Of a stretch of DNA of 64,000 bases, positions 45,017 to 54,330 are shown piece after piece (within the stretch, counting starts at the first letter, position 1; each line of letters begins with the position of its first letter). Location of the stretch: the sequence record MZ475897.1; one strand, written 5' to 3'. The notes beneath the pieces were generated by a model. The model did no database searches. It saw only the letters and a list, made by a program, of their open reading frames with translations, and was not told the DNA's origin. The position numbers and the translations under genes were made by a program.

Positions 45017-46117
45017 TTATCCACGAACCGCTTTTGCGACTGAACGCACGTTCGCCAGAGTGAAGGAGAAGGTGCTTGACAGCAACCAGCCGCGGTCAGT
45101 GTTACCCTGGTTAGCGCCAGAGGTAGGAGTAGACTGCGTACCGCCACGAGTGGTGTACACTGCATGGTAGTCCTGGTCAGCCAGAACATACAGCTCGCCC
45201 TGTTTCAGAACGATGTGCTCTGGAGCACGCATACCATCGGTAACCAGTTCCATACCCAGCAGGGTACCCAGACGACCGGTGATCAGCAAATCATACTTAG
45301 ACACTGGGTCCAGAGCAGAAGAGAACTGATCGTTACCGATAATGTCGTTCCAGTAGTCCCACGCCATCACGGCGGTAGAGGTCGGCAGCGGCCATGAAGC
45401 AACGCTGTTTTTCAGGGTAGACAGCAGACGCGGAGTCAGGTCGCCGTGAACGTAGGTGATTGGGTTAGCGATACCAACAGCTTCGTCACACGCTTGTTTC
45501 CACAGACGGTCTTCTGCAACCATGATAGAAGACAGGCCATCTTGCTGCGCACGGTCCAGCAGGTCGCCGTTGATCTGGTCCAGATCCATTTTGCTTACGC
45601 GGATGTTGGATTTCAGTTCGAACTCAGCCGGCTGGTAGGTACGGCCGCGGAACTGGCGGTAACCGAAATCGGTAGGACCAGTTGCGATGATTGCTTCTGC
45701 CTGGTGAATTTTCAGTTCGATACGAGCAATGTCGCCCTGACGAACGGTAGCACCCTTACAGACTTTACGCAGCAGACCAGCACGCTCAGCACGGTCTTCG
45801 ATAGATGCAACGATAGAAGCACCCAGCGAGTCCCACTTAGCGCCAGAGGTATCAGCAGCAGCTTCGGCAAACAGTTCAATCTTCTCAGCTTCTGACAGAC
45901 CGTTAGAAGCGTTAGACTGTGAATGAACCAGCTCACCATTTTGGAACGCGTTAGCCAGACGGCTGATCTGAGAGATCAGGTCTTTCTGGCTTGATGCGTT
46001 AATCTCACCAGTGCTTTGGCTCAGAGCTAATTCATTGCTCTTGCCGAAACGCAGGTCTTCAATCGGGGCGCCATTACGCAGAGTTACTTTCGCGCCGCGC
46101 ATTAAGGAATTAGTCAT
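45017..46117 (-). CDS. Major capsid protein (HK97 fold)
   Basis: 366 aa, strongly biased codons, GGAG SD; EDRLWKQA, GRLGTLLGMELVTD; follows scaffold and decoration genes. Confidence 0.85.
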   Translation of the reverse strand: MTNSLMRGAKVTLRNGAPIEDLRFGKSNELALSQSTGEINASSQKDLISQISRLANAFQNGELVHSQSNASNGLSEAEKIELFAEAAADTSGAKWDSLGASIVASIEDRAERAGLLRKVCKGATVRQGDIARIELKIHQAEAIIATGPTDFGYRQFRGRTYQPAEFELKSNIRVSKMDLDQINGDLLDRAQQDGLSSIMVAEDRLWKQACDEAVGIANPITYVHGDLTPRLLSTLKNSVASWPLPTSTAVMAWDYWNDIIGNDQFSSALDPVSKYDLLITGRLGTLLGMELVTDGMRAPEHIVLKQGELYVLADQDYHAVYTTRGGTQSTPTSGANQGNTDRGWLLSSTFSFTLANVRSVAKAVRG

Positions 46118-46180
46118 TGCTTTGCTCCTGAGATTTTAATCTCGTAGTTTCAGTTTCTAACAGTTACGGTGCGCGACGAA

Positions 46181-46888
46181 TTAGGCGCCGTAAGAGGAAG
46201 ACATTTCGATGATCAGGTAACCTTTATCAGAGGTCGGCGAGTGCTTGATGATGCAGCCGGTCAGCTCAGTGCCGGTACCGCCGATAGTCAGCATACCGTT
46301 CGGGCCCAGGGTAGGATGCAGCACATTGTCAGCAGACCAGTCAACAGACGGGTCGAACATTGACGTTGCGATGTTACCCAGCTTGATGTAGCCGATACGG
46401 CCAACAACGTTTGACGCCAGACCACCGATAGGAGCATCAGCAGTATAAGAACGCGCTTCGGTAACGGTCAGCTCGTATGCGTACTGAACGTACACAGTTT
46501 TGCCAACGTCATCAGCGTGGAAGTACAGGTCAGCGCCATCAACACCAACGGTACCTTTAGCAGACGCTTCGGTGTCTGCTTCCTGGTCAGCTTTTTTGCC
46601 GTCGATTTTGACGAACAGCTTACCAGCATCAGGTACGCGAGAAGCGGTGAACTTTTTGGTAGCGTCGATGGTGAAGGTTTCAACGCGGTTCATGTGCGCC
46701 GGCGGCATGTTACGAGCCAGAGCGAAACCAGCGAACACTTCGTTAGCAGCACCGGTAGACAGACGCAGGAATGATTGACCGTTTTCACGGGCCCATACCA
46801 GCGCAACGCCTTCTTCGTGGATTACTTCGCCCGGCAGCAGGTCAGCTTCCTGGGTCTGTACAATGTCAGTAGCATTCTGATACAACAT
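46181..46888 (-). CDS. Capsid decoration or cement protein
   Basis: Between scaffold and capsid genes with the same codon bias; ATG 46888 has a GGAG SD. Confidence 0.6.
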   Translation of the reverse strand: MLYQNATDIVQTQEADLLPGEVIHEEGVALVWARENGQSFLRLSTGAANEVFAGFALARNMPPAHMNRVETFTIDATKKFTASRVPDAGKLFVKIDGKKADQEADTEASAKGTVGVDGADLYFHADDVGKTVYVQYAYELTVTEARSYTADAPIGGLASNVVGRIGYIKLGNIATSMFDPSVDWSADNVLHPTLGPNGMLTIGGTGTELTGCIIKHSPTSDKGYLIIEMSSSYGA

Positions 46889-46938
46889 AATTGGAATCTC
46901 CAATAAGAGAGTAAAGTTTAACTAGCGTAAGGTCGCTC

Positions 46939-49029
46939 TTATGAGCAGCGCAGACGGGCCAGTTTATCTTCGAACGAGTCAGTGGAAGCTGAACTCTGTG
47001 ATTGAATAGGTGCACTATCTTCGTCACCCAGAAGCTGCGCTGCAACGCTTGGTTGCTGCGGCTTAACAGGTGCGGTGACCTGCTGTTGAACTACAGGCTG
47101 AGCCTGCTGCACGGTACCGGCTGCGGCTTCGATTGACTGTGCAACTTCGTTCTGTGCAGTTTCAGACATAGACATAAGAGTCTGTGCTTTTGCCAGAGAA
47201 GTTGTCAGGAAATCTTTTCCATGCGCGATAAACGCGTTTTGAATCAGCGCGTTCGGGTCTTTGATGCCTGCGGCAGACAGAGAGCGAACGAGAGAATCAA
47301 CTATCGGGTTACGCACTTCACCCCAGTAGTTTTTGGTGATACCCAGCTGAGCAGAAGACAGGGCAGCAATCAAACGTTCCTGATGGGAAGCAACAGTGTC
47401 GTTGATGGTAGACGATACGCTGGTAGTGGCTTCGTTGATGCGAGCATCAGATTCAGCAACCAGCAACTTGTCTACAGGCATTTCGATTTGATACGGCATA
47501 AAGCCATACGCTTCGACTGTACCTACAACACCGCTTTGAACCAGGCTGTGTGAAACGGCACGGATGAAATTATCAGTTGCGAAAGATTTACGCGCAACTT
47601 CTTCACCAACAACGTTAGACACAGAGTTGAACGTGGCGCGAGCAACTGGCTGGCCGTCGTAGTACATGTGTACCGATTCGACTTTACCGCCGTTAGAACG
47701 GCTGAGGCTTACCAGGGTCGGGTCCAGTTCGCCGTACTGAGCTTGTACGGTAGACAGGCTGTCGAAGGTGCGATTAACGACTTTAGATTCAGAATCGAAG
47801 TCTTCATCGTCGAGGTCGAGATCATCTTCTTCCAGATCTTCGTCCTCGTCGAGGTCTTCGTCCTCGTCGAGGTCTTCGTCTTCATCAGCGCCAGACTCAG
47901 AATCGAAATCTTCGTCTTCGTCTTCGTCGTCGAGGTCCAGATCGTCTTCATCCAGACCTTCGTCGTCGTCGCCTGCACCAGATTCGGAGTCGAAGTCTTC
48001 GTCATCTTCGAGGTCTTCCTCGTCTTCGTCGTCCAGATCATCTTCATCCAGATCTTCGTTGTCGAGGTCATCCTCTTCGTCTTCCTCTTCCTCTTCGTCT
48101 TCGTCGAAGTCATCTTCATCGAAGTCGTCTTCATCTTCATCACCATCAGATGATTCAGAATCAAAGTCGTCGTCAGAATCTTCGTCTTCGTCGTCGAGGT
48201 CCAGATCGTCTTCGTCCAGGATATCAATGTCGCTGTCGCTATCATCGTCACCGGAGTTAGATTCAATCGGCTCGTCGACCAGCGCCGCAGAGCAATGCGC
48301 ACAGAAGACAGGCTCTTCATCGGAGCTTACAGTAAACGGCTGTTCGCATTTAGCGGAGCAGCTATAGATGTGAGCTTCGACGGTACCGTCAGCGGCAGCA
48401 GAAGACAGAGCAGTAACAGCTTCAGGAGCGTCCTGAGCATCACAGCTATCAACAGCCTGGCCGGTGTACGGGTCGAATTTGGCAACAGTAGCAGCGTTGA
48501 AGCTACCAGTGTTGGACAGCGCTGTGAACGTTTGAGCACCAGACAGGGCCTGCGCGAAGTTGCGTTGAGCTTCTTCGGCAGTCTCGCCAGTAGCGATCAG
48601 GCTCGCGTGTTCAATCTGTTCATCAGCGTTTGCGCTCTCAGCAAGGAACTGTGATACGCGTTCATCAGTGATTTCTGACAGGTCAGCAGAGCACGACGGG
48701 CAGCAGCCCTGAACGAGCGAAGCACTGTCGCTGATAACGTGGCTACCACAACCATCCAGACAGATAGTGTAATGCGCCTTCACGTCACCAGCAGAAGACT
48801 GAGACTGAACTTCGGCTTTCTCAACCAAATCAGGATGCTCATCCAGCAGTTCGTTACCGCCGGTTGGGTTGTAGAGGTCAGCGCCACTTTGCGAAGCAAA
48901 GCCCACACCGTCAGAAGAACCATAAATCATTAAGTTCTGGCCTAACGCAGTGCGACGAAAGTTCTCTACTGCCTGATTATGGTTTTTACCGACACACAGG
49001 ATACCCGCGAGTTGGGTAATCTTTGGCAT
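46939..49029 (-). CDS. Prohead scaffold or core protein with CxxC motifs and a ~155-aa Asp/Glu tract
   Basis: C..C pairs, acidic tract at about 47790-48260; GAGG SD supports ATG 49029. Confidence 0.65.
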   Translation of the reverse strand: MPKITQLAGILCVGKNHNQAVENFRRTALGQNLMIYGSSDGVGFASQSGADLYNPTGGNELLDEHPDLVEKAEVQSQSSAGDVKAHYTICLDGCGSHVISDSASLVQGCCPSCSADLSEITDERVSQFLAESANADEQIEHASLIATGETAEEAQRNFAQALSGAQTFTALSNTGSFNAATVAKFDPYTGQAVDSCDAQDAPEAVTALSSAAADGTVEAHIYSCSAKCEQPFTVSSDEEPVFCAHCSAALVDEPIESNSGDDDSDSDIDILDEDDLDLDDEDEDSDDDFDSESSDGDEDEDDFDEDDFDEDEEEEEDEEDDLDNEDLDEDDLDDEDEEDLEDDEDFDSESGAGDDDEGLDEDDLDLDDEDEDEDFDSESGADEDEDLDEDEDLDEDEDLEEDDLDLDDEDFDSESKVVNRTFDSLSTVQAQYGELDPTLVSLSRSNGGKVESVHMYYDGQPVARATFNSVSNVVGEEVARKSFATDNFIRAVSHSLVQSGVVGTVEAYGFMPYQIEMPVDKLLVAESDARINEATTSVSSTINDTVASHQERLIAALSSAQLGITKNYWGEVRNPIVDSLVRSLSAAGIKDPNALIQNAFIAHGKDFLTTSLAKAQTLMSMSETAQNEVAQSIEAAAGTVQQAQPVVQQQVTAPVKPQQPSVAAQLLGDEDSAPIQSQSSASTDSFEDKLARLRCS
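47790..48260 (-). repeat. Low-complexity acidic tract with (D/E)DLD(E/L) and FDSES repeats
   Basis: TCGTCTTC-rich DNA; four FDSES copies. Confidence 0.9.
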
Positions 49030-49074
49030 GGTTAAAACCCTCATAAGGAATGAAGTCGTTGAATCGACAGGTTG

Positions 49075-49082
49075 AAATTAAC
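49075..49082 (-). promoter_or_regulatory. GTTAATTT, one-mismatch variant of the late motif
   Basis: Intergenic, 45 nt upstream of the scaffold ATG. Confidence 0.4.
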
Positions 49083-49107
49083 GAAAGCAGAAAAATTTAA
49101 GGTATTT

Positions 49108-50238
49108 TTAGACTTTTCTGCTATCAATATCTGACTGAGGAATATAGCGATTTTCGAAGTATTTATTCACTACTTCGACACCGTTTAGCGTATAAACGTT
49201 ACGCAAACTATCTCCCCATACCATTAGTTCTGCCAGCGTTGCAAAGTGCTCCGTAGGCACGGATTTAATGGTCAGTGCATTGTTCGAATCAGGATGGATT
49301 CGCTTACCACGAATGGCCTGATCAAACTTCATACGGTCTACGTTACGTAGCATAGTATGGTCCACAAAGTGAGCCAATTCATGCGTCATAACGTGGGCCA
49401 TACTTTTGCTGTTATATCCACCCAGCAGACGAACAAGCTGTTGTGGACTAATAGCGATAACACCGTACATAAAGCCACGAATCATGTACGTGCTAATGTG
49501 AGAACCGCCTACATCGTTACCTTCCTGACCACCCAGAATAGAAACGTACAGACGCTTAAACGGCAGATTAACGTTCAGCCCTACAGCAGGCATTACGTTG
49601 TCCTGGATATCCTTTAGCACGAATGCTGGTGGGCTAACACCGTTGACTGAGATGTTTAGGCCAGGGATATTCAGTTCATCTGCACCACGCACTTCGAGAT
49701 GTACCGTACCACATTTAGGCAGTGGTTGAATTGCGTAGTTGTTTGGCGTACCACCAGCATAAGCAATATCAGAGTATTGCAGAGGCGTGAATTTACCGAA
49801 CTGAGGCCTGTCAAGTTCTCGACGTTGACGCGCTTCTTTGGACGCACGATCATCATCGATAGGAGTATCAACAGGAGGTTTTGGCTCGGGTTCAGGCGGT
49901 GGGATTGGCACTTCGGCAGCGGCAGGTTTTGGAACTTTCGCAGGCTTAGGCACTTTGACAGGCTTAGGCTTAGCAGACTTCTCCTCGTACGGAGTAAAGT
50001 CAAAGCCATCAAACAACGCATCAGGCTGAGCAGCAAAAGGTCTGCTATTAGCCAGTATCATTCCAGCGCTCTCCCCGCTGATTGCAACAGCTTGAGGGTA
50101 CTTAGGGTGAGCGATGTAATAGAGGTCATCGTTAACTTGATGGAGACCTACGACCTCGCGCGGCTGCATACGCACACCATTTGAAATCATAGTATCTCCA
50201 CCTAAGTAACGGACGAATTTGTAGTCCGTTATATCCAT
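49108..50238 (-). CDS. SH3-like module, Pro/Lys linker and HExxH zinc-metallopeptidase-like domain
   Basis: THELAHFVDH plus downstream EHFATLAE; start at ATG 50238 by TAATG coupling. Confidence 0.7.
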   Translation of the reverse strand: MDITDYKFVRYLGGDTMISNGVRMQPREVVGLHQVNDDLYYIAHPKYPQAVAISGESAGMILANSRPFAAQPDALFDGFDFTPYEEKSAKPKPVKVPKPAKVPKPAAAEVPIPPPEPEPKPPVDTPIDDDRASKEARQRRELDRPQFGKFTPLQYSDIAYAGGTPNNYAIQPLPKCGTVHLEVRGADELNIPGLNISVNGVSPPAFVLKDIQDNVMPAVGLNVNLPFKRLYVSILGGQEGNDVGGSHISTYMIRGFMYGVIAISPQQLVRLLGGYNSKSMAHVMTHELAHFVDHTMLRNVDRMKFDQAIRGKRIHPDSNNALTIKSVPTEHFATLAELMVWGDSLRNVYTLNGVEVVNKYFENRYIPQSDIDSRKV

Positions 50239-51017
50239 TAACGCATCCGCAGCAGGTGTTCTTTGTACGTTGCAGCACAAGCAAACGCTGGGTCATCCAC
50301 AGAGCTACACTCGAAACCAGTGAGACCCTTACAGTCACGATACACCAGGCGGCCTGTACGTGCATCCAAATACGTAGGCTTGTTGAACGCTGTGTGCGAA
50401 CAGAAGTTACGATTCTTCGGCGTTACCATCTGACCACAGATACTGCATTTATAAGCACGGTAGGTTGTGCCCTTGCTGTACGTGTTCAGTTCACCGCTGA
50501 GAATACGGTCACAACGTTCCTTACAGCGCGTGCGGTCAAACGCCAGCAACAGAGTCAGACGCGCATGATTGCCACGGAAGTTTTTCAGCTTAGACAGGTT
50601 TGAGTCAAAGATCATGCCCATTGCTTGGCGATAGTCTTTGTTGTTGTGCTCGATAAACGTCGGCTTACCAACGAACGTCTGATACGCAAGGCGTCCTTGA
50701 TCAGGGTTAAACGTCAACCATTCCTGTAAGCTGAATGCATCACCGTTAGTGTTCGGCAGCTCCGTGATGTTTACCACAACAGGCGCAATGATATAGTCAC
50801 GGATATCACGCGAGGTGTTGTACATCTCAGCAGCTTTAGGCAGCCACACGTTAACGTCGAGGTTAAAAGATCCCGTCTCAATACCGAAACGCGAAGCATC
50901 AACACGAATAGACTTAGCGTTTCGGCTAACATCTTCTTTGTGCATATCAATCGCGTTCAGTCCGACGAGGCCCATGTCTGAGGTATCAAACGACTCAGAC
51001 TTGATGAGCTGGGTCAT
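50238..51017 (-). CDS. Prohead maturation protease (herpes/HK97-type fold)
   Basis: PNTNGDAF, TFVGKPTFIEH, YSKG...CSICG...CSH, FECSSVDDPA; upstream of scaffold and capsid genes. Confidence 0.75.
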   Translation of the reverse strand: MTQLIKSESFDTSDMGLVGLNAIDMHKEDVSRNAKSIRVDASRFGIETGSFNLDVNVWLPKAAEMYNTSRDIRDYIIAPVVVNITELPNTNGDAFSLQEWLTFNPDQGRLAYQTFVGKPTFIEHNNKDYRQAMGMIFDSNLSKLKNFRGNHARLTLLLAFDRTRCKERCDRILSGELNTYSKGTTYRAYKCSICGQMVTPKNRNFCSHTAFNKPTYLDARTGRLVYRDCKGLTGFECSSVDDPAFACAATYKEHLLRMR

Positions 51018-51027
51018 CGTGTTCTCC

Positions 51028-51444
51028 CTATTGGAAATTGTTTATGTTATCAAGGCCGCAATTGGCTAGACGCACATGCGACTCAGGCACCTCGAAGATT
51101 TGAGAGCAACCCAAGTCGGTCAGTTGATATATCAATCGTCCATTAGAAATTATTGCGTTTTCAACATAGGCAGCAACTTCTGTACCATCTTCTTGCTTGA
51201 CCATAACTTCAACGCCAGGATAGAATACGTCGAAACTCTTGGAGCTAAAGATAGGTCGAACAATGTCGGTCTCTGCAACAGGATGCTGGGCATAGCGCGT
51301 TTGAATCATATACAGCGCACAGTCACCGCTGATCAGGATAGTATTGATTGTGCCACGCAGATTGTACGGAGCACCCTGAGCAGTAGTGCCAGCAACGAAC
51401 GTGACAATATCACCGATGTTATACGCAAACGAGAACTGAGCCAT
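51028..51444 (-). CDS. Small protein with two tandem SH3/KOW-like barrels
   Basis: YNIGDIV... and FYPGVEV... repeats; GAGG SD at ATG 51444. Confidence 0.6.
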   Translation of the reverse strand: MAQFSFAYNIGDIVTFVAGTTAQGAPYNLRGTINTILISGDCALYMIQTRYAQHPVAETDIVRPIFSSKSFDVFYPGVEVMVKQEDGTEVAAYVENAIISNGRLIYQLTDLGCSQIFEVPESHVRLANCGLDNINNFQ

Positions 51445-51445
51445 G

Positions 51446-52300
51446 TTAACCTCGAAGTGCACCACGCGCCCAAGACTTAGCGAGAGCCAGAGTCATACGG
51501 CTAGGGTTCTGGAGTTTGACTTCACCCCGATGAACAGCAGTGAATGGTTCATTAGGGTTCTCGCTGCGTCCAGAACGATACGCAGATTCATTGAAGCCAT
51601 CAAACAAAGTAACCAGCCAGCCAGTTGACTTGTCCGAGCATTCGCCGCACTTGTTGTCCCAGCTAATCTTACCGCATGTACGGCCACCAGCATTGATAGC
51701 GTATGACACACGGTCTTTGTCTGAGTAAACGTCCTTAGCACGAATGGTCTTGAACGTCACACGAGACGAGGACTCGGAGCGTGGCATCATGCGTGCTTTA
51801 ATCGCTTCTGTATCAATAGAGGACCAGAATGATTCAAACAGCATACCCAGCTTCTGATCGATAGGCAGCTTGAGTCCATTGATTTGCGCAATGGTACTGG
51901 AGCTGTCATTGATAACGCGATTCAGGAAGTAGCCACCAATGATTATCGGCAGCTGTGTTCCCTGTGAGCCTACAGTGATACCAGATTGCTTGCAGTAGAT
52001 CTCAGACAGACCGATAGCAAGACGCGCAAGAACCTTGAACGTCTCTTTCTCTGTCGTGTTTGCGATTTCAGTATACAGACGCGCGGCAATATTCGGCACG
52101 ACTGTACGCTTGGCAACGCTGGCAATATCTTCGGCTGTGATAGTCTGACCAAGTTTCTTCTTGGCCGCTAACGCAAAGGCGTTATACAGGCTGGCTTTGT
52201 TCTCCGACGTCAGGGCCTCGTTCAGCTTGCTGATCGTCGTCTCCGCGCTGCTTTTCAGACTCGGAGTTTGAACTGTTTTGAGTCTCGCAACTTTCGGCAT
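51446..52300 (-). CDS. Hypothetical protein
   Basis: 284 aa with GGAG SD; overlaps the 3' end of the GT gene by 119 nt. Confidence 0.65.
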   Translation of the reverse strand: MPKVARLKTVQTPSLKSSAETTISKLNEALTSENKASLYNAFALAAKKKLGQTITAEDIASVAKRTVVPNIAARLYTEIANTTEKETFKVLARLAIGLSEIYCKQSGITVGSQGTQLPIIIGGYFLNRVINDSSSTIAQINGLKLPIDQKLGMLFESFWSSIDTEAIKARMMPRSESSSRVTFKTIRAKDVYSDKDRVSYAINAGGRTCGKISWDNKCGECSDKSTGWLVTLFDGFNESAYRSGRSENPNEPFTAVHRGEVKLQNPSRMTLALAKSWARGALRG

Positions 52301-53414
52301 TGGAGTTTTTCTCCTGGTTGAGGGCTTGCTTTGCTAAAATACCAAGCAGGCCAGAGGCTTTGATTTCTGTCTCAACGTCAAGCCCACGATGCAGACTGAG
52401 TTGAGCTAAATAGTTCAATGCAGGTTCGACCATATTAAGATTACGACAACCCCAATAGGCGCATTCGTAACATAAGTCTAAATTAACAGAGGTCTGGTCA
52501 AACAAGAAACTTTTTGGATTCTGTTGCGCAACAGACAGTCCCTGTATAGCCATGCCCACAGAGTTGATCATATCGTCACGGCGATAGAAAATATCAGACA
52601 GCATCGCGTAGCACTCAATACGATCAGAGCGGGCTGCAATAGCACGGTAGCAGCAGTTAACGGCTTCCTGAATAAAGCCCTGCTTGAACGTTGCTTTTGA
52701 CAGTTCCAGATTAGCCACAGCAACATAGTCAGACCACGTTGCGAGTTTGGTGAGACGTGCCACTTCGGCGCGTGCATCATCAAGCAGGTCAGCACGGTCA
52801 TAGTAAGCAACCGAATAGCACAGTTCACGCGCATAATAGAACGAGCAGCGCTGGTCACGAGGCCAATCGCCCGCATCACGCGCCAGCTCCATGAGATAAC
52901 CACGAGGCTTAGTGTGATCTGGGAAATGGTCAGTAGCGAACTCAGCACGCACAGTATGCGGTGGGTTACCTTCACGAATACGCATCAATACTTCATGCGC
53001 ACGGTAGCGCCACGTATACGCTCGGCTCTTGTATGCTTTCATCTGGTCATACTGGCTATCGCCGTTACGCATCAGAATCCAAACACCATCAGCCTGTTCA
53101 ATGTCAGGCATCTGACGTAACTTCTCAACCCAATCTGGATCGTCGAAGCGTTCATCAATGTCCAGCCAAACGATTAAATCATCTTCATGGAATGGCGCAG
53201 CGGCCAGGTCGCGACTAGCACCCAGATTGCGTTCTTCGGAGATGTCCGTAGAGTGATACAGCGCTGGGTGCGCGAACTCGGAAACAATCTGAGTCGTTGC
53301 ATCAATGCTGCCTGTGTCCACGATACTGATAGCATCAGCAGCAGACACATGCTTCAACCACTCGGCCATATTCTTTTCTTCATCACGGCAAATAGCCGCT
53401 ACGCAAATTCTCAT
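52182..53414 (-). CDS. Glycosyltransferase family 2 with TPR-like C-terminus
   Basis: ICRDEEK, IVDTGSIDAT, WLDIDE (DxD), YRAHE, YYARE; helical repeats. Confidence 0.88.
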   Translation of the reverse strand: MRICVAAICRDEEKNMAEWLKHVSAADAISIVDTGSIDATTQIVSEFAHPALYHSTDISEERNLGASRDLAAAPFHEDDLIVWLDIDERFDDPDWVEKLRQMPDIEQADGVWILMRNGDSQYDQMKAYKSRAYTWRYRAHEVLMRIREGNPPHTVRAEFATDHFPDHTKPRGYLMELARDAGDWPRDQRCSFYYARELCYSVAYYDRADLLDDARAEVARLTKLATWSDYVAVANLELSKATFKQGFIQEAVNCCYRAIAARSDRIECYAMLSDIFYRRDDMINSVGMAIQGLSVAQQNPKSFLFDQTSVNLDLCYECAYWGCRNLNMVEPALNYLAQLSLHRGLDVETEIKASGLLGILAKQALNQEKNSNAESCETQNSSNSESEKQRGDDDQQAERGPDVGEQSQPV

Positions 53415-53425
53415 GAGTGCCTCTT

Positions 53426-54328
53426 TTATACAAGAACGTTACCGCTATCCCACCACTTCTTGCCATAGATTTCAGACAGGCGGTAGTCAAGCACGATTGG
53501 TTGGTCAAGATCGACCTGAAGGATATCGCGACCTAGTGCAGCGCTATAAACTGTTTTCTCCTCAGTGTATACGCGTATCTCTAGTTCCATGTCGCCTTGC
53601 GAATACTTGGGAACGAACGGCACATTCAGATCGCCATTGAACCCCTGACCGAGCGTATCGTCAAAGTAAGTAGACATACGAATCTCGGTACCCTGATTGA
53701 TAATGGTGGGTGCATACACCATGCGATTGTTATACGCCGTGTAGTCGGCCACCGTGGACTGTTGAATCAGGCGGCGCTTATAGATGCGCGTTACGCCTTT
53801 GTCATCCACTACCGTACGATACTGATTGTAGAACCAGTTGATCTCATAGAACTTAACTGGCTTGAGGCCAGCAGATGAAACCAACGAGGCAGTCATACGG
53901 TGATAGGTCTTCTCCGTATTCAGACGATAGAGCAGAATCTTAAACGCGTACCATTGGTAAACGTCTAACGTGATTGAGCCTGCATCTGATTGCTGAGTAC
54001 CGTTAGTGAGGATATACGAGAAGCAATCGCCACCAACGTAACCGCTACGGGGATCGTAAATGAACGCATCACTAAAGCTATTCAGTTCGACAGTACCCAA
54101 CAGTGGGTCGCTCACTTTGATTGCAGCAAGGCGCCAACCACGCTGGGCTGGAACCTTGTCGAGAACGCCTTCTGTGGGACTGTGACCTGTTAGCTCGTCG
54201 CGTGCGCCTTGCAGAATCTGATCGATAGTGATTTCAGTTTTACCTGAGTTCTTCACACGTATCGTTCTGTTTGGTGCTATTGGCTTATAGTTGCGCCAGT
54301 AGTCAAACGTACAAGGCAAAGAGAGCAT
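53426..54328 (-). CDS. Virion protein with N-terminal cadherin/Ig-like domain
   Basis: LGTVELN...FIYDPRSGYVGGDCFSY..TNG pattern. Confidence 0.65.
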   Translation of the reverse strand: MLSLPCTFDYWRNYKPIAPNRTIRVKNSGKTEITIDQILQGARDELTGHSPTEGVLDKVPAQRGWRLAAIKVSDPLLGTVELNSFSDAFIYDPRSGYVGGDCFSYILTNGTQQSDAGSITLDVYQWYAFKILLYRLNTEKTYHRMTASLVSSAGLKPVKFYEINWFYNQYRTVVDDKGVTRIYKRRLIQQSTVADYTAYNNRMVYAPTIINQGTEIRMSTYFDDTLGQGFNGDLNVPFVPKYSQGDMELEIRVYTEEKTVYSAALGRDILQVDLDQPIVLDYRLSEIYGKKWWDSGNVLV

Positions 54329-54330
54329 AG

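Noticed and set aside
47668-48367. Long plus-strand poly-Ser and Phe/Val-rich ORFs, and the off-frame Thr/Lys-rich minus ORF
   Set aside because: Shadow frames of the Asp/Glu codon tract in the scaffold gene; no SD and no independent signal
52182-52300. 119-nt overlap of the GT gene with the next gene as functional dual coding
   Set aside because: The GT tail in the overlap is low-complexity polar sequence, most simply a run-on past a lost stop codon
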